64,000 bases of DNA. Origin: Burkholderiales bacterium. Lineage in GTDB: Bacteria; Pseudomonadota; Gammaproteobacteria; Burkholderiales; SHXO01. A model generated the notes under the pieces. The model did not search any database, was not told where the DNA came from, and saw nothing but the letters and a program-made list of their open reading frames with translations. The position numbers and the translations under genes were made by a program. The stretch lies in assembly GCA_035499005.1 (NCBI GenBank), contig DATJZQ010000013.1, positions 12,504 to 76,503 of the forward strand. Direction: 5' to 3'. Position 1 is the stretch's first letter; each line of letters starts with the position of its first letter. Below, one piece after another: positions 40,101-51,077 of the stretch.

Positions 40101-40150
40101 TTCGGCTAGAATTCTACTGGACTCGCGGGATCGGGGACTCGCTCACGGGC

Positions 40151-40891
40151 ATGGATGACAAAGTCGTACTGATCACCGGAGGCGCGCGCCGCGTCGGCGC
40201 TGCGACCTGCCGCCTGCTGCACGCAGCCGGCGCCCGTCTGATGCTGCACTATCGCACCTCTGCAAACGAAGCGCGCGCGCTGCAGGCCGAGCTGAACGGC
40301 GCTCGACCGGATTCGGTTGCGCTGGTGCAGGCGGACCTGCTCAACCTGTCGCTGCTGCCAAGCACGGTCAACGAGACGGTCAACCGCTTCGGGCGGCTGG
40401 ACGCCCTCGTCAACAACGCCTCCAGTTTCCATCCGACGCCAATCGGGGAGATCACCGAGCAGGCCTGGGATGACCTGGTGGGGACCAATCTCAAGAGCCC
40501 GCTGTTTCTGTCGCAGGCCGCCGCGCCGCATCTCAAGCGCACGCATGGCTGCATCGTGAACATCGTCGACATCCACGCCGACCGCCCGATGCGCAACTAC
40601 GCAGTCTACAGCGTGGCCAAAGGCGGGCTGCTCGCGCTGACCCGCGCACTCGCGTCCGACCTTGGACCCGACGTGCGAGTGAACGGGGTCTCCCCGGGAC
40701 CCATCCTGTGGCCCGAGGACGAGCGCTGGTCGGATGATCTCGCGCGCCAGCGGATCATCCACACCACGCTGCTCAAGCGCATGGGCGAACCCGAGGACGT
40801 CGCGCGCGCCGTGCGCTTCTTGATCTACGACTCACCCTACATCACTGGCCAGGTCATCGCCGTGGACGGCGGCCGCAGCATCCATTTGTGA
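40151..40891 (+). CDS. SDR-family pteridine reductase-like oxidoreductase
   Basis: 246 aa. TGGARRVG Rossmann motif, NNAS, catalytic YSVAK. Overall resembles FolM/PTR1-type reductases. Confidence 0.65.
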   Translation: MDDKVVLITGGARRVGAATCRLLHAAGARLMLHYRTSANEARALQAELNGARPDSVALVQADLLNLSLLPSTVNETVNRFGRLDALVNNASSFHPTPIGEITEQAWDDLVGTNLKSPLFLSQAAAPHLKRTHGCIVNIVDIHADRPMRNYAVYSVAKGGLLALTRALASDLGPDVRVNGVSPGPILWPEDERWSDDLARQRIIHTTLLKRMGEPEDVARAVRFLIYDSPYITGQVIAVDGGRSIHL

Positions 40892-40898
40892 GCAGAGC

Positions 40899-41777
40899 AT
40901 GGGAACGCAGAAAGACAAGTACGAAACGAACAAGCTCAAGAAGAGGCTGCGCCGCCAGGTCGGCGCGGCAATCGCCGACTACGACATGATCGGCCCCGGC
41001 GACCGCGTGATGGTTTGCGTCTCCGGCGGCAAGGACAGCTACGCCTTGCTCGATATCCTGCTCGGTCTGCGCGGACACGCCCGGGTGGATTTCGAGGTCG
41101 TCGCTTTCCATCTGGACCAACGGCATCCGGGTTATCCGCGGGAAGTGCTGCCTGACTACCTGAGCGCACTTGGCATCCCGTTTCGGGTCGCGCAGCAGGA
41201 CACGTACAGCGTCGTCAAGCGCGTGATCCCCGAGGGGAAAACGATGTGCGGCCTGTGTTCACGCCTGCGGCGCGGTGTGATCTACCGCGTGGCCAAGGAA
41301 ATGGGCGCAACGCGTATCGCGCTGGGCCACCACCGCAACGACATCCTGGAAACCTTTTTCCTCAACCTGTTCTTCGCCGGCAAGCTGAAGGCGATGCCGC
41401 CTAAGCTCACGAGCGACAGCGGGGAGCACATCGTGATCCGGCCGCTGGCCTATGTCGCCGAGGAGGATCTGACCGCGTACGCCGAGGTGCAGCGCTTTCC
41501 CATCATTCCCTGTGACTTGTGCGGGTCTCAGGAAACACTTCAGCGCCAGCAGGTCAAGGCGATGCTGCACGAATGGGCTCGCAGGTATCCCGGGCGCATC
41601 GAGACCATGTTCAACAGCCTGGCTCACGTGAACCCGTCCCACCTGCTCGACCCCAGCCTGTTCAACTTCTTCGGCCTGGAGGCAGTGGGCCGCCCGGTGC
41701 TGGAGGGCGACGCCGCGTTCTATGAGGAACCGATGACCGACACAGTCATTCCCGTACGCCGGGTGGACGCCGTCTGA
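40899..41777 (+). CDS. ttcA: tRNA 2-thiocytidine(32) synthetase TtcA
   Basis: 292 aa. PP-loop CVSGGKDS, cysteine motifs [10 protein letters not shown] and CDLCGSQ. Confidence 0.9.
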   Translation: MGTQKDKYETNKLKKRLRRQVGAAIADYDMIGPGDRVMVCVSGGKDSYALLDILLGLRGHARVDFEVVAFHLDQRHPGYPREVLPDYLSALGIPFRVAQQDTYSVVKRVIPEGKTMCGLCSRLRRGVIYRVAKEMGATRIALGHHRNDILETFFLNLFFAGKLKAMPPKLTSDSGEHIVIRPLAYVAEEDLTAYAEVQRFPIIPCDLCGSQETLQRQQVKAMLHEWARRYPGRIETMFNSLAHVNPSHLLDPSLFNFFGLEAVGRPVLEGDAAFYEEPMTDTVIPVRRVDAV

Positions 41778-41789
41778 CGGGAGGCAGAG

Positions 41790-42215
41790 ATGCACATCGT
41801 GAACTTCACTCCGTTTTCCGCGCTCATCGGCGGTGCCCTCATCGGGCTGGCTGCCGCCCTGTTGTGGTGGACGCTGGGGCGCATCGCCGGTGTCAGCACC
41901 ATCCTGGGGAACGCGCTGACCGAACGCGGATCCGACAGCGGCTGGCGCTTCGCGTTTCTGGCCGGTCTGCTGGCAGCGGGTCTCGGCGCTGTTCTCTTCT
42001 TCCCCGGGGCGGTTCATCTCGATCTCGCGGCTGGTGGCGGACAGCTGGTGGTCGCGGGCTTGCTGGTGGGAGTCGGTACGCAGATGGGCAGCGGATGCAC
42101 GAGTGGACACGGCGTATGCGGCATCGGACGGCTCTCCGCGCGCTCGATCGTGGCGACGCTGTCCTTCATGGTGAGCGGCATGCTCACTGTATCCGTCGTG
42201 AAGCATCTGCTATGA
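41790..42215 (+). CDS. YeeE/YedE-family membrane protein, half-size (N-terminal-type unit)
   Basis: 141 aa, 4 TM-like segments, conserved GSGCTSGHGVCG motif. Confidence 0.8.
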   Translation: MHIVNFTPFSALIGGALIGLAAALLWWTLGRIAGVSTILGNALTERGSDSGWRFAFLAGLLAAGLGAVLFFPGAVHLDLAAGGGQLVVAGLLVGVGTQMGSGCTSGHGVCGIGRLSARSIVATLSFMVSGMLTVSVVKHLL

Positions 42216-42655
42216 AACGCTGCGTCATCGCGTTTCTGAGCGGCCTCGTGTTCGGCATCGGACTGATCGTGTCGCAGATGTCCAACCCGGCCAAAGTGAT
42301 CGGGTTCCTCGACATCACGGGGAGCTGGGACCCAAGTCTGGCGCTGGTGATGGCGGGAGCCCTGGCGGTGTTCGGTACCGTCTACTGGTCGATCAGGGGG
42401 GCCGGAGCCCCGCTGATGGCGGAGCGGTTCGTAGCGCCGACCGAGACCAGGATCGACCGGCCTTTGCTCGCGGGGTCGCTGATGTTCGGAGTGGGCTGGG
42501 GACTGTCGGGCTTCTGCCCGGGGCCCGCGATCGTCAGCACCACCTTCGGTAACCCGCTTGTCTGGCTGTTCGTGGCGGGGATGATCGCGGGCATGCTCCT
42601 GTATCGCTTCCTCTCCGGACGGCGGGTGATGACCGGCGCGCCTCGCTCCGTGTGA
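42212..42655 (+). CDS. YeeE/YedE-family membrane protein, half-size (second unit)
   Basis: Starts MKRCVIAFLSGLVFG (ATG 42212, ATGA overlap with the preceding stop). 147 aa with the GWGLSGFCPGP motif. Confidence 0.8.
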   Translation: MKRCVIAFLSGLVFGIGLIVSQMSNPAKVIGFLDITGSWDPSLALVMAGALAVFGTVYWSIRGAGAPLMAERFVAPTETRIDRPLLAGSLMFGVGWGLSGFCPGPAIVSTTFGNPLVWLFVAGMIAGMLLYRFLSGRRVMTGAPRSV

Positions 42656-42772
42656 GCGCTTGCGTCCAGTCTAAGTCAGGCTACTTCTCGACTCTCTGAA
42701 TGTAAGCGCAGGTGGCAGAGAGAAGGGGCAGGTCCGTCCGGCCTCCTCTCGGTGGATTGTTTCAAGCTCGTC

Positions 42773-42793
42773 TTGTCAAACTCAATTTGATAA
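42773..42793. promoter_or_regulatory. Operator-like imperfect palindrome TTGTCAAA-N5-TTTGATAA upstream of the HTH-aminotransferase ORF
   Basis: The reverse complement of TTGTCAAA (42773-42780) is TTTGACAA, matching TTTGATAA (42786-42793) at 7/8. A third related half-site TTGTTTCAA sits at 42758-42766. All lie in a locally AT-rich 172-bp spacer, 35-70 nt before the ATG at 42828. Confidence 0.35.
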
Positions 42794-42827
42794 GGCAGAC
42801 TTTCATTTCTTCACCACCGAGTACCTC

Positions 42828-44342
42828 ATGAACTGCGCTGAGCGGCTCGTCACCCTGTTTGGGAGCCAGGCGGAGGTCGCCCGACGCTTTCGCGTCGATC
42901 GCGCGCTCGTCAGCAACTGGGTCAAGTCGGGCTACGTTCCCTCGCGCTGGGCCGTGGAGGTCGAGCGTCTCACCGATGGAGCGGTCGCAGCGGTGGAGGT
43001 CTTGAACGAAGCCAACGCGCGCAAGCCGATCAGACTCAAGTCGCGCGGCGAAGAAGACAGCCTTTTTGGACCCTCGCTAACGGGAAACGACACGATGAAC
43101 CCCTTTGTTCCAGCCCGAAGAATTCATTCTTTCCACCCGCCACAGCGCACTCTGATGGGTCCGGGCCCGTCCGAGATCAACCCGCGAGTCATGGCGGCGA
43201 TGAGCCTGCCCGCGATCGGTTACCTCGACCCGGTGTTCGTCGAGATGATGGAGGAGTTGAAAGCGCTGCTGCGCTACGCGTTCCAGACCAGGAACGCGCT
43301 CACCTTCCCGGTGTCGGGACCTGGCTCGGTGGGGATGGAGTACTGCTTCGTGAACCTCGTCGCGCCGGGCGACAAGGTCGTCGTCTGCCGCAACGGCGTA
43401 TTCGGCGGGCGCATGATCGAGAACGTCGAGCGCTGCGGCGCCGTGCCCGTGGTCGTGGAGGACGCGTGGGGCGAGCCCGTTGATCCGAACAAGCTCGAAG
43501 ACACGCTGAAGAAGAATCCGGATGTGCGCCTGGTCGCATTCGTCCACGCGGAAACATCGACCGGCGTGCAATCCGATGCCAAGACCCTGGTCGACACCGC
43601 GCACCGGCACAACGCGCTCACCATTGTGGACGCGGTCACCTCACTGGCCGGCACGCCGGTGCTGGTCGATGAGTGGAACGTGGACGCGATCTACTCGGCG
43701 AGCCAGAAATGCCTGTCGTGCACGCCGGGCCTGTCGCCGGTGTCGTTCAGCGATCGCGTGGTCGAATACGTGAAGTCGCGCAAGGACAAGATCCATAGCT
43801 GGTTCATGGACATGAATCTGCTGCTCGGCTACTGGGGCGCAACCACGCGCACCTATCATCACACCGCGCCGACGAACAGCTTGTACGCGCTGCACGAAGC
43901 GCTGCTGATCCTGAAAGAGGAGGGCATCGAGAACGCGTGGGCGCGCCACCAGCGCCATCACCTGGCGCTCAAGGCCGGCCTCGAGGCGATGGGGCTCAAG
44001 TACCTGGTCAAGGAGGGCGCACGCCTGCCGCAGATGAATGCCGTGCACGTGCCCGACGCCATCCAGGAGCGCGAGGCCGAGGTGCGCCGCACCCTGCTGA
44101 GCGAGTTCAATCTCGAAGTGGGCGCCGGTCTGGGCCCGCTCGCCGGAAAGATCTGGCGCGTGGGGATCATGGGCTATTCGTGCAAACCGGAAAACGTGAT
44201 GCTGTTTCTGTCGGCGCTGGGCTCAGTGCTGTCCGATATGGGCCTCCCGATCCACGTCGGCGAAGCGGAGGCAGCGGCCCATCAGGCTTACGCGCAGCTG
44301 CACACCAGAGCCGCGCAGCAGAAGAAGCGCATGGTGGCCTAG
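42828..44342 (+). CDS. Class-V aminotransferase (alanine-glyoxylate / serine-pyruvate type) with in-frame N-terminal Cro/YdaS-like HTH extension
   Basis: 504-aa uninterrupted ORF. Residues 1-60 (LFGSQAEVARRFRVDRALVSNWVKSGYVPSRWAVEVERLTDGAV) look like a YdaS/Cro HTH. Residues 90-504 (MNPFVPAR...LMGPGPSE...SASQKCLS) form a full-length class-V aminotransferase that could also initiate at ATG 43095. Confidence 0.75.
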   Translation: MNCAERLVTLFGSQAEVARRFRVDRALVSNWVKSGYVPSRWAVEVERLTDGAVAAVEVLNEANARKPIRLKSRGEEDSLFGPSLTGNDTMNPFVPARRIHSFHPPQRTLMGPGPSEINPRVMAAMSLPAIGYLDPVFVEMMEELKALLRYAFQTRNALTFPVSGPGSVGMEYCFVNLVAPGDKVVVCRNGVFGGRMIENVERCGAVPVVVEDAWGEPVDPNKLEDTLKKNPDVRLVAFVHAETSTGVQSDAKTLVDTAHRHNALTIVDAVTSLAGTPVLVDEWNVDAIYSASQKCLSCTPGLSPVSFSDRVVEYVKSRKDKIHSWFMDMNLLLGYWGATTRTYHHTAPTNSLYALHEALLILKEEGIENAWARHQRHHLALKAGLEAMGLKYLVKEGARLPQMNAVHVPDAIQEREAEVRRTLLSEFNLEVGAGLGPLAGKIWRVGIMGYSCKPENVMLFLSALGSVLSDMGLPIHVGEAEAAAHQAYAQLHTRAAQQKKRMVA

Positions 44343-45193
44343 GACAAGCCGAGCCGCTGCCAGATCGTGCTGGTTGGACCAGCCCGGTTGAGCGTGTAGA
44401 AATGCAATCCCGGCGCGCCGCCGCGGAGCAGCTGATCGCAGAGCTGTGTCAGCACATCGAGGCCGAATGAGCGAATCGACGCGCTGTCGTCGCCGAGCCC
44501 CTCGAGCTTGCGGCGGATCCAGCGCGGGATCTCCGCACCGCAGGCGTCGGAGAACCGGCACAGCTGCGAAAAGCGGTTGATGGGCATCACGCCGGGGACG
44601 ATCGGGACCGCGACACCGGCCGCCTGGCATTCGTCCACGAAGGCGAAATAGGCGTCAGGGTTGTAGAAGTACTGCGTGATCGCCGAGTCGGCGCCGGCCT
44701 CGACCTTGCGCTTGAAGTTGGCCAGATCCTCCTGCGCCGAGCGCGCCTGCGGATGGTACTCGGGATAGGCGGCCACCTCGATGTGGAACGCAGTCCCGAA
44801 TTCCTGGCGGATGAACGCGACCAGCTCGCTGGCGAAGCGAAACTCGCCCGCCTCGACCATCCCGGACGGCATGTCCCCGCGCAATGCGACAACGCGTTTG
44901 ATGCCGGCCTCACGGTAGCGCTGCAGCATCTCGCGCACCGACGCCCGCGTGGAGGCGATGCACGACACATGCGGCGCGGCCTCGTGCCCTTCGGCCTGAA
45001 TCTCCAGCACCGCGTCCATGGTGCGCTCGCGCGTGGAGCCGCCGGCGCCGAACGTCACCGAAAAAAACGCAGGCCTGAGCTGCGCCAGCTGGCGGCGCGT
45101 GACGCGCAGGTTCTCGACCCCTTCAGCGGTTTGCGGGGGAAAGAACTCGAACGAGAACGTCCGCGCCGGGCGTGGCGCGCGACTGGCTGACAC
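44339..45193 (-). CDS. metF: 5,10-methylenetetrahydrofolate reductase MetF
   Basis: Track ORF 44339-45751 trimmed to the GTG at 45191-45193, 5 nt after the ahcY stop. FSFEFFPP, SVTFGAGGS, APHVSCI, HFYTLNRA. Confidence 0.85.
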   Translation of the reverse strand: MSASRAPRPARTFSFEFFPPQTAEGVENLRVTRRQLAQLRPAFFSVTFGAGGSTRERTMDAVLEIQAEGHEAAPHVSCIASTRASVREMLQRYREAGIKRVVALRGDMPSGMVEAGEFRFASELVAFIRQEFGTAFHIEVAAYPEYHPQARSAQEDLANFKRKVEAGADSAITQYFYNPDAYFAFVDECQAAGVAVPIVPGVMPINRFSQLCRFSDACGAEIPRWIRRKLEGLGDDSASIRSFGLDVLTQLCDQLLRGGAPGLHFYTLNRAGPTSTIWQRLGLS

Positions 45194-45198
45194 CGGGC

Positions 45199-46617
<1,419 letters not shown>

Positions 46618-46648
46618 CACGCCCTCCTTTCGGTTCCGAAAAAAGTTC

Positions 46649-46728
46649 GTGAGCGCCGTTGCAGGGAGAACCCCTGAGCCTGGCGGGGGCACTGGCATTC
46701 AGCCGCCCGTTGCAACGCTCCTCAGGGA
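46649..46728 (-). promoter_or_regulatory. SAH riboswitch (S-adenosylhomocysteine-responsive) in the ahcY leader
   Basis: Minus-strand RNA: CCUGAGGAGCGUUGCAACGGGCGG...CCCCGCCAGGCUCAGGGG...CAACGGCGCUCAC. Contains the conserved GAGGAGCGUUGCAAC / GCCAGGCUC / CAACGGCGCUCAC blocks and the P1, P2 and P4 pairings of the SAH element (Rfam RF01057), in the canonical position before ahcY. Confidence 0.8.
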
Positions 46729-46734
46729 ACAGAA

Positions 46735-46763
46735 ATTATAGGCGATGGGGCCGCCAGCGCCAA
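46735..46763 (-). promoter_or_regulatory. Sigma-70-type promoter for the riboswitch-ahcY-metF unit
   Basis: Minus strand TTGGCG (46763-46758), 17-nt spacer, perfect TATAAT (46740-35), a few nt upstream of the riboswitch. Confidence 0.5.
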
Positions 46764-46788
46764 CCCCTGGGCCGAGTTGACTTGAGTG

Positions 46789-47967
46789 CTACGCGTGGAC
46801 CACGCCCGCGCCGGCGTCGGCGCGCAGTGCTTCGACCTTGTCCATGTTCTCCCAGCTGAACTCAGGCTCGTCGCGGCCGAAGTGACCGTAAGCGGCCGTC
46901 TTGCCGTAGATGGGGCGCAGCAGGTCGAGCATCTGTACGATGCCGCGCGGCCGCAGATCGAAATGCTTCTGGATGAGCTGCGCCAGCTTCTCGTCGGGAA
47001 TTTTCCCGGTGCCGAAGGTCGTGGCCATGATGCTGGTCGGGCGTGCAACACCGATGGCATACGAGATCTGGATCTCGCATTTGCTTGCCAGTCCAGCGGC
47101 GACCACGTTCTTGGCAACGTAGCGCGCGGCGTAGGCGCCCGAGCGATCGACCTTGGAGGGATCTTTCCCGGAAAAGGCACCGCCGCCGTGGTGAGCTGCG
47201 CCGCCGTACGTGTCTACGATGATCTTGCGCCCGGTCAACCCGCAGTCGCCCTGCGGCCCGCCGACGACGAAGCGTCCGGTCGGATTCACGAGATAGTTGA
47301 TCTTGCCCTTGACCAGATTCCTGGGCAGCACCGGGGTGATGATGTTCTCGATGACCGCCTCGCGGATGCGCTCGAGCGGGACATCCGGTGCATGTTGAGT
47401 GGACAGCACCACCGTGTCGATGGCGGCCGGCTTGCCGTCGACGTAGCGGATAGTCACCTGCGATTTGGCGTCGGGCCGCAGCCACGGCAGCCGGCCATCG
47501 CGGCGCAGCTCGGATTGCCGCTCGACGAGCCGGTGCGCGAGATAGATCGGCAGCGGCATGAACTGCGGCGTCTCGTCGCACGCATAGCCGAACATGAGGC
47601 CCTGGTCGCCCGCTCCCTGATTGAGCGGGTCATCCTGCGCCTTGTCCACGCCCTGCTTGATGTCGGGGCTTTGCTTGTCATAGGCCACGAGCACGGCGCA
47701 GCCTTTGTAATCGATGCCGTACTCGGTGTTGTCGTAGCCGATACGCTTGATGGTCTCGCGCGCCACCTGCTGGAAATCCACCACGGCATTGGTCGTGATT
47801 TCCCCCGCCATCAGCACGAGGCCTGTGTTCACCAGGGTCTCTGCCGCGACTCTGGACGACTTGTCCTGGGCCAGGATGGCGTCCAGCACTGCGTCCGATA
47901 TCTGATCTGCAACCTTGTCGGGATGTCCTTCCGACACCGACTCGGAAGTAAAAAGGTATTCGCTCAT
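46789..47967 (-). CDS. metK: S-adenosylmethionine synthetase MetK
   Basis: Track ORF 46789-48180 trimmed to [26 protein letters not shown] (ATG 47965-47967). 392 aa, [16 protein letters not shown] motif. Confidence 0.95.
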   Translation of the reverse strand: MSEYLFTSESVSEGHPDKVADQISDAVLDAILAQDKSSRVAAETLVNTGLVLMAGEITTNAVVDFQQVARETIKRIGYDNTEYGIDYKGCAVLVAYDKQSPDIKQGVDKAQDDPLNQGAGDQGLMFGYACDETPQFMPLPIYLAHRLVERQSELRRDGRLPWLRPDAKSQVTIRYVDGKPAAIDTVVLSTQHAPDVPLERIREAVIENIITPVLPRNLVKGKINYLVNPTGRFVVGGPQGDCGLTGRKIIVDTYGGAAHHGGGAFSGKDPSKVDRSGAYAARYVAKNVVAAGLASKCEIQISYAIGVARPTSIMATTFGTGKIPDEKLAQLIQKHFDLRPRGIVQMLDLLRPIYGKTAAYGHFGRDEPEFSWENMDKVEALRADAGAGVVHA

Positions 47968-48109
47968 TCGTAAACAACCATGAAATTGTGCGCGATGGGA
48001 AGGATTACAGCATAGCAGATAAGCTCGCCCCGAAACCGTTCGCTGCGGCATTCTCCGCCATGAAGGGCGACCCCGCGTTACCGTCCACACCGGTATCATT
48101 GAGCGCTGC

Positions 48110-48652
48110 ATGGAGGATCGCATGGCCGCTCCCGCCCCCGCCGACGACGTGCGCGTAGCACCGCTGCTCGAGGCGGACATTCCAGAGCTCGTCCGGCTCG
48201 CGCGCGCGATCTGGTACGCGCACTACCCGAGCATCATCACAGTCGAGCAGATAGAATACATGCTCGAGCAGCGCTACGGCAGCGACGTGATTCGCGAGCA
48301 GTTGGCGGGCGGCAGCGCATGGTGGGACAAGCTGCTGCTGGACGGTAACATGGTGGCGTTCGCCAGCTCCGAGCCGGGGCAGCACCCGAAGGAGATGAAG
48401 GTCGACAAGCTGTACGTGCGCTACGATCTGCGCGGCCGCGGCTACGGCGGGCGGCTGATACGGCACATCGAGCAGCGAGCCCTCTCTCTCGGGTACAACC
48501 GTCTCTATCTCCAGGTGAACAGAAACAACCGCAGCGCGATCGATGCCTACATGCGCAGCGGGTTCGTCGTGAGCGAGTCCGCGAAATTCGACATCGGCGG
48601 CGGCTTTGTCATGGATGATTACATCATGTCCAAGGCGCTCGGCCCGTCATGA
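48110..48652 (+). CDS. GNAT-family N-acetyltransferase
   Basis: 180 aa. Acetyl-CoA motif region [21 protein letters not shown]. Stop overlaps the dapF start (ATGA). Confidence 0.75.
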   Translation: MEDRMAAPAPADDVRVAPLLEADIPELVRLARAIWYAHYPSIITVEQIEYMLEQRYGSDVIREQLAGGSAWWDKLLLDGNMVAFASSEPGQHPKEMKVDKLYVRYDLRGRGYGGRLIRHIEQRALSLGYNRLYLQVNRNNRSAIDAYMRSGFVVSESAKFDIGGGFVMDDYIMSKALGPS

Positions 48653-49503
48653 GCAGCGCGCGGGCCGCTGCCCGGCGAGTGAGGTTCACCAAAATGCAGG
48701 GCGCGGGCAACGATTTCATCGTGATCGATGCCGTTAACCAACAGGTGGAGCTGGACGCCGATCGCATCAGACGGATCGCGGACCGCCACTTCGGCGTGGG
48801 CTGTGACCAGCTCCTGCTGATCGAGCGCCCGCGCACGCCCGGCACGGATTTCTACTACCGCATCTTCAACGCCGACGGCGGCGAGGTTCAGAACTGCGGC
48901 AATGGCGCGCGCTGCTTCCTGCGCTACGTGCGCGACCAGGGTCTCGCCGACAAGACCCGGATCAGGGTCGAGACCTTGTCGGGCGTCATCGCGCCGAAGC
49001 TGGAAGCCGACGGCCAGGTCACGGTGGACATGGGCGCTCCGGAGTTCGAGCCGGGCAGGATTCCTTTCCTCGCGCAGCAGCAGGCCTTGACCTATCGCAT
49101 CGAGGTCGGCGGGGAAAGCGTGGAGATCAGCGCACTGTCCATGGGCAACCCGCACGCCGTGCAGGTCGTGGCCGACGTGGAGCAAGCGCCCGTGTCCACA
49201 CAAGGGCCGTTGATCGAGCACCATTCTCGCTTTCCGCAGCGGACAAACGCCGGCTACATGGAGGTGGTATCGCGGCGTCACGTCAAGCTGAGGGTGTGGG
49301 AGCGCGGAGCGGGTGAAACCCTCGCCTGCGGCACCGGGGCCTGCGCGGCTGTCGTGGCCGGCATCGCGCGCGGTCTGCTGGACACCCCGGTGGAGGTGGT
49401 CACCCACGGCGGCAACTTGACCATCGCGTGGGGCGGTCCAGGGCAGCCCGTGATGATGACCGGCCCCGCGGAGCCCGTATTCGAAGGGACGATTGAAATC
49501 TAG
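48649..49503 (+). CDS. dapF: Diaminopimelate epimerase DapF
   Basis: [16 protein letters not shown], catalytic cysteines in [16 protein letters not shown] and [12 protein letters not shown]. Confidence 0.9.
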   Translation: MSSARAAARRVRFTKMQGAGNDFIVIDAVNQQVELDADRIRRIADRHFGVGCDQLLLIERPRTPGTDFYYRIFNADGGEVQNCGNGARCFLRYVRDQGLADKTRIRVETLSGVIAPKLEADGQVTVDMGAPEFEPGRIPFLAQQQALTYRIEVGGESVEISALSMGNPHAVQVVADVEQAPVSTQGPLIEHHSRFPQRTNAGYMEVVSRRHVKLRVWERGAGETLACGTGACAAVVAGIARGLLDTPVEVVTHGGNLTIAWGGPGQPVMMTGPAEPVFEGTIEI

Positions 49504-49509
49504 AACGCC

Positions 49510-50160
49510 ATGGAGCCAAGAGCAGAAGAGGTCGCGCGCTACCTGAAAGACCATCCAGAGTTCTTCGAGCACTACGCCGAGCTGCTCGCCTCGCTGCACA
49601 TTCCGCACCCTCACGGGGGACGGGCGATCCCACTGTCGGAGCGTCAGATGCTCACGCTGCGCGAGAAAGGGCGGGCGCTCGAAGGCAAGCTGCGCGAGCT
49701 GGTCCGCGTCGGCGAGGAGAACGAGACCATCGGCGAGCGTCTGCACCGCTTTACGCTGGCGATGATGAGCGCGCGAGACCTGGTCGCCCTGCTCGATTGC
49801 GTGGAGCACAATCTGCGCGAGGAATTCGCCGTGCCCGCTGTCGCGTTGCGGCTGTGGTCGGTCACGCCGGAGGACGCTGAGCTCGGCGCCATCAGCGAGG
49901 AGGCCAGGGAGTTTGCGGACGGCCTGGCCGCTCCCTATTTCGCGGAGCAACCGATGGCCGACACCGCGGCCTGGTTCGACGCGCCTAAGGAAGCGTTGCG
50001 CTCGCTGGTCTACATCCCGCTGCGCGCGGAGCGCTCGATCGGAGTGTTGGTGCTGGCCAGCGACGATCCCCAGCGCTTCTCGACCGATCTCGGCACGCTT
50101 TATCTGGCCCGCCTGGGCGAGCTGGTCGGCGCCGCGCTGCATCGCTACGCCCGTCGCTGA
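49510..50160 (+). CDS. DUF484-family protein
   Basis: 216 aa. YLKDHPEFFEHYAELL N-terminus and the conserved dapF-DUF484-xerC position. Confidence 0.8.
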   Translation: MEPRAEEVARYLKDHPEFFEHYAELLASLHIPHPHGGRAIPLSERQMLTLREKGRALEGKLRELVRVGEENETIGERLHRFTLAMMSARDLVALLDCVEHNLREEFAVPAVALRLWSVTPEDAELGAISEEAREFADGLAAPYFAEQPMADTAAWFDAPKEALRSLVYIPLRAERSIGVLVLASDDPQRFSTDLGTLYLARLGELVGAALHRYARR

Positions 50161-50165
50161 AGTCT

Positions 50166-51074
50166 GTGGCCGGCACGCTGTCGCGCGTCAACCGAAGCTA
50201 TCTGGATGGATTCCTGTCCCATCTGCGGCACGAGCGCGCCCTGAGCCAGAACACCGCGCAGAACTACGCGCGCGACGTTCGACAGCTGTTCGATCTGGCG
50301 GCTGACACTGCGCTGGCGGACGTGACCTCGCAGCAGGCGCGCCGTTTCATCGCCACCCTGCACGCGCGCGGTCTCGAGGGCAGGACGTTGGCCCGCATGC
50401 TATCGGCGTGGCGCCACTTGTATCGCTATCTTGCACGCGATCACGCCTTCGGCCATAACCCATTCCTGGGTATCCGTGCCCCCAAAGCGCGCAAGCTCCT
50501 GCCCAAATCGCTGTCGCCGGACGAAGCGGCGCAGCTGGTGGATCTGCGTGGCGACGAAGCGATGACCGTGCGCGACCGCGCGATGTTCGAGTTGTTCTAC
50601 TCCTCCGGCTTGCGCCTGTCGGAGCTTACTGGAGTCAGACTCACCGACCTCGATCTGCGCGACGGCAGCGTGCGCGTGACTGGAAAGGGCAACAAGACAC
50701 GCGTGGTTCCGGTCGGACAGCTCGCACAGCGCGCGCTGGGCGCTTGGCTCACGGCGCGCAGCACGTTGGCAGCGGCCGATCAGCCGGCGCTGTTCGTGAA
50801 CCGTTCCGGCCGGCCCGTCACACCCCGTACAGTGCAGCGGCGGCTCGCTGACTGGGCCGTGCGGCAAGGTATCACCCAACACGTGCACCCCCACATGCTG
50901 CGCCACTCGTTCGCGTCGCACGTTCTGCAGTCGAGTGGTGATCTGCGCGCGGTGCAGGAAATGCTCGGGCACGCGAGCATCTCCACCACCCAGGTCTACA
51001 CGCACCTCGACTACCAGTATCTCGCCAAGATCTACGACGCAGCCCATCCGCGCGCGAAGAAAAAAAGGGCTTGA
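50166..51074 (+). CDS. xerC: Tyrosine recombinase XerC
   Basis: 302 aa with GTG start. SGLRLSEL, HMLRHSFASHVL, LGHASISTTQVYTH (catalytic Tyr). Confidence 0.9.
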   Translation: MAGTLSRVNRSYLDGFLSHLRHERALSQNTAQNYARDVRQLFDLAADTALADVTSQQARRFIATLHARGLEGRTLARMLSAWRHLYRYLARDHAFGHNPFLGIRAPKARKLLPKSLSPDEAAQLVDLRGDEAMTVRDRAMFELFYSSGLRLSELTGVRLTDLDLRDGSVRVTGKGNKTRVVPVGQLAQRALGAWLTARSTLAAADQPALFVNRSGRPVTPRTVQRRLADWAVRQGITQHVHPHMLRHSFASHVLQSSGDLRAVQEMLGHASISTTQVYTHLDYQYLAKIYDAAHPRAKKKRA

Positions 51075-51077
51075 TCG

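Noticed and set aside
47968-48109. Possible SAM-responsive riboswitch in the metK leader.
   Set aside because: I read the minus-strand leader and found none of the conserved blocks of the SAM-II, SAM-V or SAM/SAH classes. It is only an ordinary divergent promoter region shared with the GNAT gene.
50166-51074. Tyrosine recombinase as evidence of a prophage or integrative element.
   Set aside because: It sits in the conserved chromosomal dapF-DUF484-xerC arrangement and has XerC-type motifs. No phage, att or other mobility genes are adjacent.
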